Assembly (NCBI GenBank): GCA_977020255.1
Contig: CDROCS010000253.1
Coordinates: 2,294,001 to 2,358,000 of the forward strand
DNA length: 64,000 bases
From: Obrimoposthia wandeli
Lineage: Eukaryota
Reading direction: 5' to 3'
Position 1 is the first letter of the stretch, and each line of letters begins with the position of its first letter. The translations under genes were made by a program, and so were the position numbers. Positions 50,450 through 60,303 of the stretch are shown piece by piece. The notes beneath the pieces were generated by a model, which was given only the letters and a program-made list of their open reading frames with translations, was not told where the DNA came from and did not search any database.

Positions 50450-51072
50450 CTAGTTGAAACGGCTGATACAAAAAGGCTCTACATTGATTTCAGTTGATTG
50501 TCCGCTAACTAGCTGCCCAATAAGCTTTCCGGTGATCGCTCCTTGAGTTAACCCTAAGTGTTGATGACCGAGCGCGAAGAAAATTTTATCATGGTTTGGC
50601 GCTTGGCAAATCACAGGTAATGAATCGGGCAATGACGGACGACACCCCATCCACTTTTCTTGCTTCTCTTCACTATCAGGTAATGTTTTTAAAATAAAGG
50701 CGGCATTATCTTTTAGCATATCAGCGTGTTTATAGTTTGCTGGCGTATTAAGCCTTTTAGCAATTCTTTTGACCAAGCACCACACGCTATAACGCAGTGA
50801 TCAACATCTAAACATTGCTGATCTGTTAGTAAGGTGACGCCCGTTTGTGACTGAGTCACCGCGGTTACTGCTGTTTGTTGAAAGGTCATGCCCTTACACA
50901 TAGCAAACTCAGCTAGGGTTTTGCTAAGCGCTAGGGGAACAATAGTATGAGCGACATCAGTAAAATAAAGTGAATAGTTGATGTTACCGCTTAAGTTGGG
51001 CTCTAACTCAAGGGTTTGAGTTCTATCTAAAATCTTTACCGCAATGCCCGCAGTTAAATAATGAAAATACAG
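50450..51072 (-). pseudogene. D-amino-acid dehydrogenase (DadA/HypO-like) remnant
   Basis: Start-less frame ...LEPNLSGNINYSLYFTDVAHT...VIACGAWSKELLKGL, then a frameshifted NTPANYKH...WMGCRPSLPDSLPVI...GHQHLGLT. Lacks the N-terminal GxGxxG and the middle segment. Confidence 0.8.
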
Positions 51073-51189
51073 TTAAAAATCAATGCTAATAAAGAATTAT
51101 CCATAAAAATAGACTCTATGTCGTTAGGTGAAAACAGTTATTTATTGATAAAAGTTTTTTCTACTTTTTATAAACCTATCTAGCGATTT

Positions 51190-51370
51190 TTTAGTCATTT
51201 TTTGTATGAATATCGCCCTGGGTGGCTCCAACAGAAACACCCGAGAAGTTTTCAATATTGAGACTGATTTTCATCACTTTTAAGTATTCATCAATATCCC
51301 AGTATTGATGATAAAGGTCGTCAAATATTGATGTCGAAAACGTTGTTTTATTGGTATCAAAACTTAAAAC
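51190..51370 (-). pseudogene. Degenerate IS4-family transposase fragment
   Basis: Minus-strand frame DDLYHQYWDIDEYLKVMKISLNIENFSGVSV...DIH is a decayed Y-2-R-3-E-6-K signature region. Confidence 0.6.
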
Positions 51371-51670
51371 ATACTTGGTTTAACAAACTTATTGGGTTTT
51401 GTGACTCTTTGATGTTTATGTGGCTTAGGTCTATATTACATGATGAGATAGTCAAAATGACAAGCAATCCCGCCCTTTTTAGTATATAAATAACACGGCA
51501 CAAACCCTTACCTTTCTGAATTATGAAAATAGTTTTTACAAAAATAAATAAAGATAGTGGATTGATGAAACGAATAATTTTGTTTAACTGGGGTTAAATT
51601 TTCTGTTACCAGAACGCTATCAGGGATAAATAGTTTTAACTTATACCGCAACAGTGTCAGGAGCTCGGAA

Positions 51671-54154
51671 ATGGATAGTTATAGAACTAAAAAAGAGTCA
51701 TTAGAGTACGGCGAAAGTATCATTAATACGCTCAGAGAGCCTTTAATTACACTGGATCAAAATTTAAGGGTGGTCACGGTTAGTCGCTCCTTTTATGATT
51801 TTTTTAAGGTCAAGCCTGAAGAAACCGTCGGGCAGCTTATCTATCATCTGGGTAATAACCAGTGGGATATTCCTAAACTTCGAGAACTACTGGAAACCAT
51901 CTTGCCACAGCAGGCCAGTTTTGATGACTATGAAGTAGAGCACGATTTTACCACCATAGGTCGGCGCACCATGTTATTGAATGCCCGTCAGATTGTTCAA
52001 GTAAAGGGCAAAGAGCGGATCATTTTATTGGGCATCCAGGATATTACTGAGCGTAAGGAAAGAGAGGCCAAACGGGAAAAGACCAGAATAGAACTTGAGG
52101 TCATTAAAAAAGCGGCAGATGAAGCCAGTGCGTATACTGAGAGTATCATTAACACGGTGAGAGAACCTTTAATTGCACTGGATCAGGACTTAAGAGTAGT
52201 CACCGTCAGTCGTTCCTTTTATGACTTTTTTAAGGTTAATCCTGAAGAGACTGTTGGGCAGCTTATCTATCATCTGGGCAATAACCAGTGGGATATTCCC
52301 AAACTGCGGGATCTGCTGGAAACTATCTTACCGCAGCAGGCTAGTTTTGATCACTATGAAGTTGAACACGACTTTGCCAACATAGGTCGGCGCACCATGT
52401 TATTGAATGCTAGACAGATTGAACAATCAACAGGCAAAAATCGCATCATCCTACTCGCCATCGAAGACATTACACAACGTAAAGAGACTGAAGCTGGTCT
52501 AGAAAAAACCAGAATAGAACTTGAGATCATTAAAAAAGCGGCAGATGAAGCCAGTGCATATACCAATAGTATCATTAACACGGTGAGAGAGCCTTTAATT
52601 GCGCTGGATCAGGACTTAAGAGTGGTCACCGTCAGTCGCTCCTTTTATGATTTTTTTAAGGTTAAGCCTGAGGAAACTGTTGGGCAGCTTATCTATCATC
52701 TGGGTAATAACCAGTGGGATATTCCTAAACTGAGGGAGCTGCTGGAAACCATTTTACCGCAGAAGGCCAGTTTTGATGATTATGAGGTTGAGCACGATTT
52801 TGCCACGATAGGTCGGCGTACCATGTTATTGAATGCTAGACAGATTGAACGGTCAACAGGTAAAAATCGTATCATCCTACTTGCCATTGAAGACATTACA
52901 CAACGTAAAGAGGTTGAAGCTGGCTTGGAAATAACCAGAATAGCATTAGTCAATGCGAACGCAGAGCGACAAGGGGTATTTAACAGCGTATTGGATGGCT
53001 TAGTTATTATCGATGCTAAAGGCACTATAGATGCCTTCAATCCAGCAGCCGAGGGCATCTTCGGCTATATGGAACAGGAGGTTGTTGGAATGAATGTCAA
53101 AGTTCTTATGCCCGAACCATATCGTAGCGAGCACGATGGTTATCTTAGTAATCATGCAAAAACGGGTGAAAAAAAAATTATCGGAATCGGTCGAGAGGTG
53201 ACTGGTCGACGCAAGAACGGCACAATTTTTCCGATGGATCTTGCCGTTTCACCTATGACTGTTAGTGGCAAACCAAAGTTTGTCGGACGGGTTAGAGATA
53301 TCTCAGAGCGTAAGCAGATAGAAAAGGAATTGAAGCTTGCTAAATTGAGCGCTGAATCAGGCAATAGCATGAAATCTGAATTTCTGGCCAGTATGTCACA
53401 CGAATTACGCACGCCGCTCAATGCAATTATAGGTTTCTCAGAAGTACTTAAGGATGGTGTAGTTGGCGAAATTACCGAGCAGCAAGGCAAGTACATTGGC
53501 AATATTTTTGATAGCGGTCAGCACTTACTATCACTGATTAACGATATTCTCGATCTTTCGAAGGTCGAAGCAGGCAAGATGAACCTCGATCTAGAAACAT
53601 TGCAGCCAGCTATCCTGTTGCATGATAGTCTCTCCATGATAAAAGAGAAAGCGATGGCGCAGGGGATTGAGCTAAAAGAAGATATTTCCTTGGATTTAGG
53701 CTCTATGCAGTGCGATGGACGCAAGTTCAAGCAAATCGTCTACAACCTATTGTCGAATGCGGTTAAGTTCATCTCCAACGATGGAGAGATCACGCTGTCT
53801 GCTCGTCGTATTCCTCGGTCAGAGGCGTGTGTGTTCTCAGGAAATAGTACGTGGAAAACGCGCGTGATCGGTGGTAAGGAAAATGAATTGGGTGATTTTG
53901 ACGAATTTCTGGAAATTGGCGTACTCGATACTGGCATAGGTATCTCCGGGGCTGACCTCGACAAACTATTTCAACCCTTCACCCAGATCGATAGCACTCT
54001 AGCACGAAAATACGAAGGCACTGGTCTGGGGTTGGTTATGGTGCAAAATATTGCCCACTTGCACGGAGGTGCTTCGGCAGTATCCAGTGCTGAGGGGCAG
54101 GGTTCCTGTTTTATGGTCTGGTTGCCATGGCGTGACAATATTGTGGAGAATTAA
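51671..54154 (+). CDS. Cytoplasmic histidine kinase: 3 tandem PAS + FixL-type heme PAS + HisKA/HATPase
   Basis: AGGAG RBS; no TM; MPEPYRSEHDGY...IIGIGREVTGRRKNGTIFPM; SHELRTPL; NLLSNAVKF; GTGLGL. Confidence 0.93.
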   Translation: MDSYRTKKESLEYGESIINTLREPLITLDQNLRVVTVSRSFYDFFKVKPEETVGQLIYHLGNNQWDIPKLRELLETILPQQASFDDYEVEHDFTTIGRRTMLLNARQIVQVKGKERIILLGIQDITERKEREAKREKTRIELEVIKKAADEASAYTESIINTVREPLIALDQDLRVVTVSRSFYDFFKVNPEETVGQLIYHLGNNQWDIPKLRDLLETILPQQASFDHYEVEHDFANIGRRTMLLNARQIEQSTGKNRIILLAIEDITQRKETEAGLEKTRIELEIIKKAADEASAYTNSIINTVREPLIALDQDLRVVTVSRSFYDFFKVKPEETVGQLIYHLGNNQWDIPKLRELLETILPQKASFDDYEVEHDFATIGRRTMLLNARQIERSTGKNRIILLAIEDITQRKEVEAGLEITRIALVNANAERQGVFNSVLDGLVIIDAKGTIDAFNPAAEGIFGYMEQEVVGMNVKVLMPEPYRSEHDGYLSNHAKTGEKKIIGIGREVTGRRKNGTIFPMDLAVSPMTVSGKPKFVGRVRDISERKQIEKELKLAKLSAESGNSMKSEFLASMSHELRTPLNAIIGFSEVLKDGVVGEITEQQGKYIGNIFDSGQHLLSLINDILDLSKVEAGKMNLDLETLQPAILLHDSLSMIKEKAMAQGIELKEDISLDLGSMQCDGRKFKQIVYNLLSNAVKFISNDGEITLSARRIPRSEACVFSGNSTWKTRVIGGKENELGDFDEFLEIGVLDTGIGISGADLDKLFQPFTQIDSTLARKYEGTGLGLVMVQNIAHLHGGASAVSSAEGQGSCFMVWLPWRDNIVEN
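51716..52945 (+). repeat. Three 426-bp in-frame tandem repeats (PAS units)
   Basis: AGTATCATTAA recurs at 51716, 52142 and 52568; ACCAGAATAG recurs at 52082, 52508 and 52934. Confidence 0.95.
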
Positions 54155-54291
54155 TGCATTTTCCCATGCTATTACCAACAATCATATTCGATGAATATTT
54201 TTTAGGATCATTGATAAATCGAGCTTTAATAATAAAAAATTTATAAACGAAGTTAAGTATGCTTTAAATATATGCATCAAGGAAAAATTAA

Positions 54292-54660
54292 ATGGCTCGT
54301 ATATTGATCGTTGAAGATAATCCCGCCAACATGGAGCTAGCAACGCTTCTACTGGAAAAGGCTGGCTATAATATAATTCAGGCCGAAGACGCGCAAAGTG
54401 GTCTGCAAAAGAGCCGAACAGAATCTCCTGATTTGATTCTGATGGATGTACAACTTCCCGGTATGTCGGGTCTAGAAGCTGCTTTGTTGCTAAAAGCAGA
54501 TCCTGTTACGCAGTCTATCCCGATCATCGCGGTAACCGCCCTAGCCATGACTGGCGATGAGGAGCGTTGTCTAGCTGCGGGCTGTGATGGCTATCTCTCC
54601 AAACCACTACGATATAAGGTGTTGTGGGCTACGGTCGAAAAACATTTAATGAATCACTGA
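54292..54660 (+). CDS. Single-domain response regulator, DivK-like
   Basis: ILIVEDNPANMEL, DLILMDVQLPGMSG, IPIIAVTALAMTGDEE..LAAGCDGYLSKP. Confidence 0.92.
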   Translation: MARILIVEDNPANMELATLLLEKAGYNIIQAEDAQSGLQKSRTESPDLILMDVQLPGMSGLEAALLLKADPVTQSIPIIAVTALAMTGDEERCLAAGCDGYLSKPLRYKVLWATVEKHLMNH

Positions 54661-54694
54661 AATAGCAATGATGACCTTATTTTATTAACAGGAG

Positions 54695-55756
54695 ATGTAC
54701 ATGGGTAAATCCGCTAAAATTATTATTGTCGACGATGAAGCACTAAATCGAGATCTATTGTCAGTAATGCTTGAATATGAAGGCTACAAAGTAATAACTG
54801 CTAGCAGCGGTGAAGAAGCACTGAGAAGTGTAGAGCGAGATCCACCAGACTTAATATTACTCGATGTAATGATGCCAGGGATGAATGGCAATAAGGTTGT
54901 TGGTAAACTCAAATACAATCCAGACACTAAGTCTATTCCTGTCATTATGGTAACCTCATTAGATAGCCGTGCTGCCAAATTGGCGGCACTCAGCTTAGGT
55001 GCTGAGGAGTTCCTAACAAAGCCTGTAGATCGAGCCGAGCTCATACTACGTGTCAGAAACATGTTGCGCCTGAAGGATCATAGTGATCTGCTCTCCGATT
55101 ACAACGATACGCTTGAAGCAAAGATGGAGGAACGCACTGCTGAGCTTGAAATAGCCTATAAGGACACAATAGTCACCTTGGTTCGCGCCGCTGAATACAA
55201 GGATGAAGATACTGGCGCACATGTACGCCGTATTGCACACTATTCGTATATGCTGGCTAAACAGCTTGGTCTCAATACTCAAGAGAGAAAGGCACTGTAT
55301 TTTGCTAGCCCCATGCACGATATCGGAAAAATAGGTATACCTGATGATATTCTGTTCAAGACGACTCCTTTCACGCCGAAAGAATGGAAGATAATGCAGA
55401 CTCACAGTGCCATCGGCGGACAAATCCTTAATAAAGGAGATTCTCCTCTTATCAGAAAGGCGGCGGAGATTGCGCTAAATCACCATGAACGCTGGGATGG
55501 TACTGGCTATCCCAAGGGTATTTCTGGTGAAGCTATCCCGTTATCTGCGCGGATTATGTCTATATGTGATGTCTATGATGCGCTACGCTCGAAGCGCCCC
55601 TACAAGCCAGCCTTTAGCCATCAAAAGGCAGTAAATATTATTATTGAAGGTGATGGAAGAACAATGCCAGAGCATTTCGACCCAGTAGTGCTTGCTGCTT
55701 TTGCTGCGCATCCAGAGTACTTTGAAGATATATATGAAAAATATACGGATGACTAA
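54695..55756 (+). CDS. REC-HD-GYP c-di-GMP phosphodiesterase (RpfG-like)
   Basis: REC (VDD, DVMMPG, KP); TGAHV.R; HDIGKIGIPD; HHERWDGTGYP; DVYDAL...RPYK. Confidence 0.93.
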   Translation: MYMGKSAKIIIVDDEALNRDLLSVMLEYEGYKVITASSGEEALRSVERDPPDLILLDVMMPGMNGNKVVGKLKYNPDTKSIPVIMVTSLDSRAAKLAALSLGAEEFLTKPVDRAELILRVRNMLRLKDHSDLLSDYNDTLEAKMEERTAELEIAYKDTIVTLVRAAEYKDEDTGAHVRRIAHYSYMLAKQLGLNTQERKALYFASPMHDIGKIGIPDDILFKTTPFTPKEWKIMQTHSAIGGQILNKGDSPLIRKAAEIALNHHERWDGTGYPKGISGEAIPLSARIMSICDVYDALRSKRPYKPAFSHQKAVNIIIEGDGRTMPEHFDPVVLAAFAAHPEYFEDIYEKYTDD

Positions 55757-55896
55757 CACTATGAGGTTTTGTAAAGATATCTACTTTAAGTCAGGTTTAC
55801 TTTTCTGACACTATAAATATTTGAACGACAAAAAATTCCCGTTGTATCGATGCTTCAAGGTGATAGCAACGTTTTATGCTATCACTATAGACGACG

Positions 55897-56847
55897 TTAT
55901 GTATTGTCTTTTTCTTCAGTAATGCTGTCTAGCCAAGTAAACCACTGTTGGTCCATTGAGGTTGACCAAGAGCGCATCAGTGCTTGATATCCTGCCCAAT
56001 CACCTTGGCGCGATAATACTAAGCTTTGTTCGACTTTATTGCGGTGATTTTCCATCATAAAGCGTACCGCTAAATAGCCCCAACGATAAACACGATCACT
56101 GCCATTATTGTTATTGTAGCTAGTATTAAACAATTCACTTAACGGGAATGTTTTACTATTTGCCATTGTTATGGCTTTTGGATTGTTTTTATCCCAAGCA
56201 ATATACTCAGCAACGCCTTCAGACCACCAAACGCCGTGTGGGTATGATGCGTTAGGTGTTGGACAAAATTCAGGACCAGCATGATCATCATGTAAACCAT
56301 TACAATAATCACCATAGCGGTTAAAACGTCCATCAAGATAGTGAATGTATTCATGAGATAGGTTCCATAAACCACCATCACGTTCGTAAGCGACAAACTC
56401 GGCATGGTTATCTTGTTTTTCTGGGGAGCCCTCTAAGTACATGCCACCATTATTGGTTGGCATAGTAAAGTGCGCAGTGGCATATTTTACGTATTCTGCA
56501 TTTGAACTATAAAAGTTCGCGCGAAGGTTGGTGTTATTATCATCACTAACAGGTTTATTGCGGGTATTGAATATTTGATGAAACTTAGCCTCTTGGGCAA
56601 TAAGTTCCTTGCAAGCCTTGGCAACTTTATTACTAGATAATGCTTGTGAGCGGATGGTAATAGACTTGTTGCACTGGTTAACTTGTTTAAGTACCTGCTC
56701 AACACTGGCAAGTTGTTTATCATCAGTTTTTTTGTGTTGCGTTGTGGTTGGAGCTTCACTTGCCATAACTGAATTTGAAATAAAGTAGGCAACCAAAATA
56801 AAAGTACAGTTTAAAACGATACTTAATGGCATTTTAGTATTCTTCAA
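55897..56847 (-). CDS. Short M9 collagenase-like metallopeptidase
   Basis: Signal peptide; TNNGGMYLEG, HEYIHYLDGRF, WWSEGVAEY, YRWGYLAVRFM. Confidence 0.85.
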   Translation of the reverse strand: MKNTKMPLSIVLNCTFILVAYFISNSVMASEAPTTTQHKKTDDKQLASVEQVLKQVNQCNKSITIRSQALSSNKVAKACKELIAQEAKFHQIFNTRNKPVSDDNNTNLRANFYSSNAEYVKYATAHFTMPTNNGGMYLEGSPEKQDNHAEFVAYERDGGLWNLSHEYIHYLDGRFNRYGDYCNGLHDDHAGPEFCPTPNASYPHGVWWSEGVAEYIAWDKNNPKAITMANSKTFPLSELFNTSYNNNNGSDRVYRWGYLAVRFMMENHRNKVEQSLVLSRQGDWAGYQALMRSWSTSMDQQWFTWLDSITEEKDNT

Positions 56848-56947
56848 AGGCTTCTCTTCTTATTATTATTTTGACAGATACTGTGTCAGCCGCTCTATGA
56901 ATAGCAGAACTTAATAGAACGACTCAGTTTACTTATACGGATTAGCA

Positions 56948-58177
56948 TTATGCTTCATAGCCAAAAGGGTCATCAATTGAATGGGCAGGCTCACTAAACC
57001 ATTTGGGACCTGTAGCTGTCATATAGAAATGATCTTCTAAACGCACGCCAAACTCACCATAAAGACATAGCATGGGTTCATTAGAGAAACACATGCCAGC
57101 AGCTAATGCTGTTTTATCGCCTCTGACTAAATATGGCCACTCATGAATGTCTAAACCAACACCATGACCGGTACGATGCGGAAGTCCAGGAACTTGGTAA
57201 TCAGGACCATAACCTTGTGTTTCAAGGTAATTGCGCGCAGCAATATCTACCGCTTCACAAGGGGATGATATTTTTGCAGCAGCAAAACCTTGCGCTTGTG
57301 CTGTTTTTTCATGTAACCAAACAGCGCGTTGCTTTTGGGTTGCTTCACCAAACACATAACTACGGGTTATGTCTGAGTTATACCCCTGCACCAAACAACC
57401 CGTATCGATTAATACCATATCGTTAGTCTCGAGAGTTTTTGGCTCTTTTACACCATGAGGGTAGGCGGTATCTTGGCCAAATAAAATAATGCAAAAAGAT
57501 GAGCCTTTAGGCGCGCCAAGTTTACGATGTGCTTTATTGATAAAGTCAGTGACTTGTGACGTTGTGATACCAACGGTCAATATTTTGGCTACGGCTCGGT
57601 GCACAACCATAGTCATGTCTTTAGCACGTTGTAATAAGGCTATTTCACTCGCTGATTTTATCATTCTACAGCCTGCGGTAATGCTTTTGCTGCTGGTGAA
57701 GTCTAACGAGAGTTTTTGATCTTTTGCAGCGTTAATCATGCCGTCAACAGCAAAAAAATCGGTAGACTCATCAATGGCAATAGTGCCTTGTGCGCAGTTA
57801 TTTTTCTTTAATACATCAATAACCAGTTGGTAAGGGGATTCATGTTCGTGCCAGCTAGCAACTTCAGATTTTACTTGCATAAAACCCGATAGCGTACTTA
57901 CTTCAAACCAAGGAGCTATATAAATTAAATCGCCTTGTGCAGGTAAAATAGCACCCACTAATCGCTCTGATGAATACCAAACAGTGCCAGTGAAATAGGT
58001 CAAATTAGTGCCCGCATTGAGATACAAAACGCTAATATTTTGTTCACGCATTAGCTGTTGTGCTTTACTAATGCGTTGTTGATATTCATCTAATGAGATA
58101 GGGGCTACATCAGCTGTCATATCGGTTAATTTATTTAATTCTATTTCGGCTGTAGAGCCACCAATACCAATGGACAT
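56948..58177 (-). CDS. M24 Xaa-Pro peptidase
   Basis: Creatinase-like N-domain; IDTG, SDITR, HRTGHGVGLDIHE, SNEP, VRLED. Confidence 0.92.
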   Translation of the reverse strand: MSIGIGGSTAEIELNKLTDMTADVAPISLDEYQQRISKAQQLMREQNISVLYLNAGTNLTYFTGTVWYSSERLVGAILPAQGDLIYIAPWFEVSTLSGFMQVKSEVASWHEHESPYQLVIDVLKKNNCAQGTIAIDESTDFFAVDGMINAAKDQKLSLDFTSSKSITAGCRMIKSASEIALLQRAKDMTMVVHRAVAKILTVGITTSQVTDFINKAHRKLGAPKGSSFCIILFGQDTAYPHGVKEPKTLETNDMVLIDTGCLVQGYNSDITRSYVFGEATQKQRAVWLHEKTAQAQGFAAAKISSPCEAVDIAARNYLETQGYGPDYQVPGLPHRTGHGVGLDIHEWPYLVRGDKTALAAGMCFSNEPMLCLYGEFGVRLEDHFYMTATGPKWFSEPAHSIDDPFGYEA

Positions 58178-58268
58178 ATCATTTTCCTTTAAAGCATTTT
58201 ACATTGTGGGAGAATATTTACTGAGCACTTACTTAGATTGTAATGTGTTCAGTAATTAATTTAGGTAT

Positions 58269-58280
58269 ATTGTATACAGT
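58269..58280. promoter_or_regulatory. GntR-family (HypR-like) palindrome upstream of the M24 gene
   Basis: ATTGTATACAGT, one mismatch from the palindrome ATTGTATACAAT, 92 bp before the start. Confidence 0.5.
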
Positions 58281-58560
58281 TAGTCTAATGAAACAAGTCT
58301 TAATATCAGGCCATTTATTGGCCGGGTTATAACATTGAAATATTTAAAGTAGGACGCACATTTAAGTGAAATGAAATATTAAAGCCAGCGGTCGTTAATT
58401 TTTCCGTATTGAAAAATACTGGCTGAAGAATAACCCGCAAAGTATTAATAGTTTTGAGAGTGAAATAGTTGAACGGTCAGTTCTTTAGTCAGGCTTTGGT
58501 GCAGGTGTTATATTTGTCAGTCTTAGTGCTAATTTTAGTTGTGTTTTTAGTGCCAGCCAA

Positions 58561-59592
58561 TTAGATGGCACAGCTTAAAGTTAACGAACCATAGCTGTGC
58601 CAAGACTTGTTATCGCTTTTATAGGCGCGGGTGTAACTATTTAAGCTCCAGGTAATAGCATAATTGTCTATTGTCCATTGCACCCCTAACACTGCTTTAG
58701 CTTGATTATGTTGGATATCAAGGTTTGATTCATAAGGTAGATCACCTTCAATGGTTAAATCGTTAAAGCGGTAGCCAAAGTGTAATCTTGAGTAAACAGT
58801 AAAGTTATTGCTGTTTTCAACTTGCGTGGTATTGCCAGTGTGGCCAAAATGACTACTTAAACGGCCAAAGGTATTATTTAAACTGGTTCCCCACCTAAAT
58901 AGTAATCCTAATGATGCCTCAGTGTTAAAATTACCTAAGGATAAGTGGCTATAACTACTTACTTCCCACTGATTATTATCTATGTATTTACTGTGATATC
59001 TTTTAGATCTAAATAGTAAAGAATCAACCTCATAGGCCAGCTGTAAAGTAACTTCTTCTTCTATTTGATACTGCCAACCCAAAGGGGGAATGGAACCAAT
59101 TAAATCATGAACTTTGGTTTGAACGTATTCGGCCTTAGATTTTATACCTGTAATACCTAGAGCAAGCCAGTTTTTTTGAGCGAATTTCGGACCATAATCA
59201 GCCGTGTGACTCTCTATCTCAAACAAACCCGCGTAAGGCCTATCATCATTTTGAAGCGTTATTATCCTAATATTATTTGGCGTCCAGATACGTTGGGATA
59301 TTTTCATTCCCCAGGCATTTTTTGTTTGAGTTAGTGGTAATCTCATAAGATATTGTAACTGAGATAGTTTTGGCATATTTGTGGAATTAGCATGTTGCTG
59401 GATAAATTCAGGCTTACTCTCCCATGCTAGTGAGAATCCGTTGGTATAATTTCCATCGTTGGCAAATACCCCATCATTTTCAAATTGAATATTTAATTGC
59501 CCTGCGCGAGCAGGTAGCATCACAATAATGAATATAAAACAAACAAAAGGAACTAATAGTTTTTTATTAGAGCGTGCTATTAACATAGTCAA
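58561..59592 (-). CDS. Lipid A deacylase LpxR-family (DUF2219) outer-membrane protein
   Basis: FENDG..ANDGNYTNG, IWTP..I......DRPYAG, WQYQI. Confidence 0.85.
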   Translation of the reverse strand: MTMLIARSNKKLLVPFVCFIFIIVMLPARAGQLNIQFENDGVFANDGNYTNGFSLAWESKPEFIQQHANSTNMPKLSQLQYLMRLPLTQTKNAWGMKISQRIWTPNNIRIITLQNDDRPYAGLFEIESHTADYGPKFAQKNWLALGITGIKSKAEYVQTKVHDLIGSIPPLGWQYQIEEEVTLQLAYEVDSLLFRSKRYHSKYIDNNQWEVSSYSHLSLGNFNTEASLGLLFRWGTSLNNTFGRLSSHFGHTGNTTQVENSNNFTVYSRLHFGYRFNDLTIEGDLPYESNLDIQHNQAKAVLGVQWTIDNYAITWSLNSYTRAYKSDNKSWHSYGSLTLSCAI

Positions 59593-59845
59593 TTCCTACC
59601 CATTGAACACTATAGAGTATAGTGAGACTAAATAAATTTGCAGAAAAATTTTACTTTAAACTGAGTAATATAATAGGAAAATAAAAGCAATGTTGGTTGA
59701 ATAGGCGGTAAGGGTGAGTGCTAAATGAGACGATTTTATTGACCGTATTAAGCATGATTTTTAGACAGATTATTTGCCAAAAGATTACATATGAAAGTTA
59801 TTGTGTAATAATACAGGTGTAGTAACAATTTTTTTGGAGGCTAAC

Positions 59846-60007
59846 ATGGCCCATGAGGAAAGACGTAATATGTCAAAAAATACTGATGTTAGTGTAGATG
59901 ATTGTAATCATGAGCAAAAATCAGCACTGGAACAATTAGCCGATGCAAACCATGAAATTGAAGATTTAAAGTCACAAATCGCTTGGCTTGAGCGTTCTTA
60001 CGAGTAG
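59846..60007 (+). CDS. Small coiled-coil hypothetical protein
   Basis: GGAGG RBS before ATG 59846 (alternative ATG 59870); heptad-like LADANHEIEDLKSQIAWLE. Confidence 0.6.
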   Translation: MAHEERRNMSKNTDVSVDDCNHEQKSALEQLADANHEIEDLKSQIAWLERSYE

Positions 60008-60303
60008 TTTTCCTGGGATTTACTCAAAGACTTATTGATTTTTAGTAGTCATTAATTAGCGAGTAAGCATCATAAAAGCTCAATAGATTGAAAAGACAAA
60101 TATAGTGTATATATTTGTCTTTTTTGCTTTTTGGTGTGTTCAACTATGGCTATTATCATATTTATTTTGACTTGATTGATATTTTGTCAAAAAAATACAG
60201 ATTTCAGCTTATAAGTTATTTTCATATCCACGGGTTCATGCTATTTTCCCTGCATTGTGTTTAAAACAACATTGTTTATAATAAATTCAGAGGAAGTCAT
60301 CTT

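Noticed and set aside
51716-52945. Long repeats as a CRISPR array or mobile element
   Set aside because: In-frame 426-bp PAS domain repeats with no spacers and no cas genes
52354-55423. Many minus-strand ORFs across the island
   Set aside because: Expected antisense shadows of higher-GC coding sequence
47922-59592. PAP2 and LpxR-like genes as a lipid A remodelling system
   Set aside because: 10 kb apart with unrelated genes between and no shared regulatory motif seen
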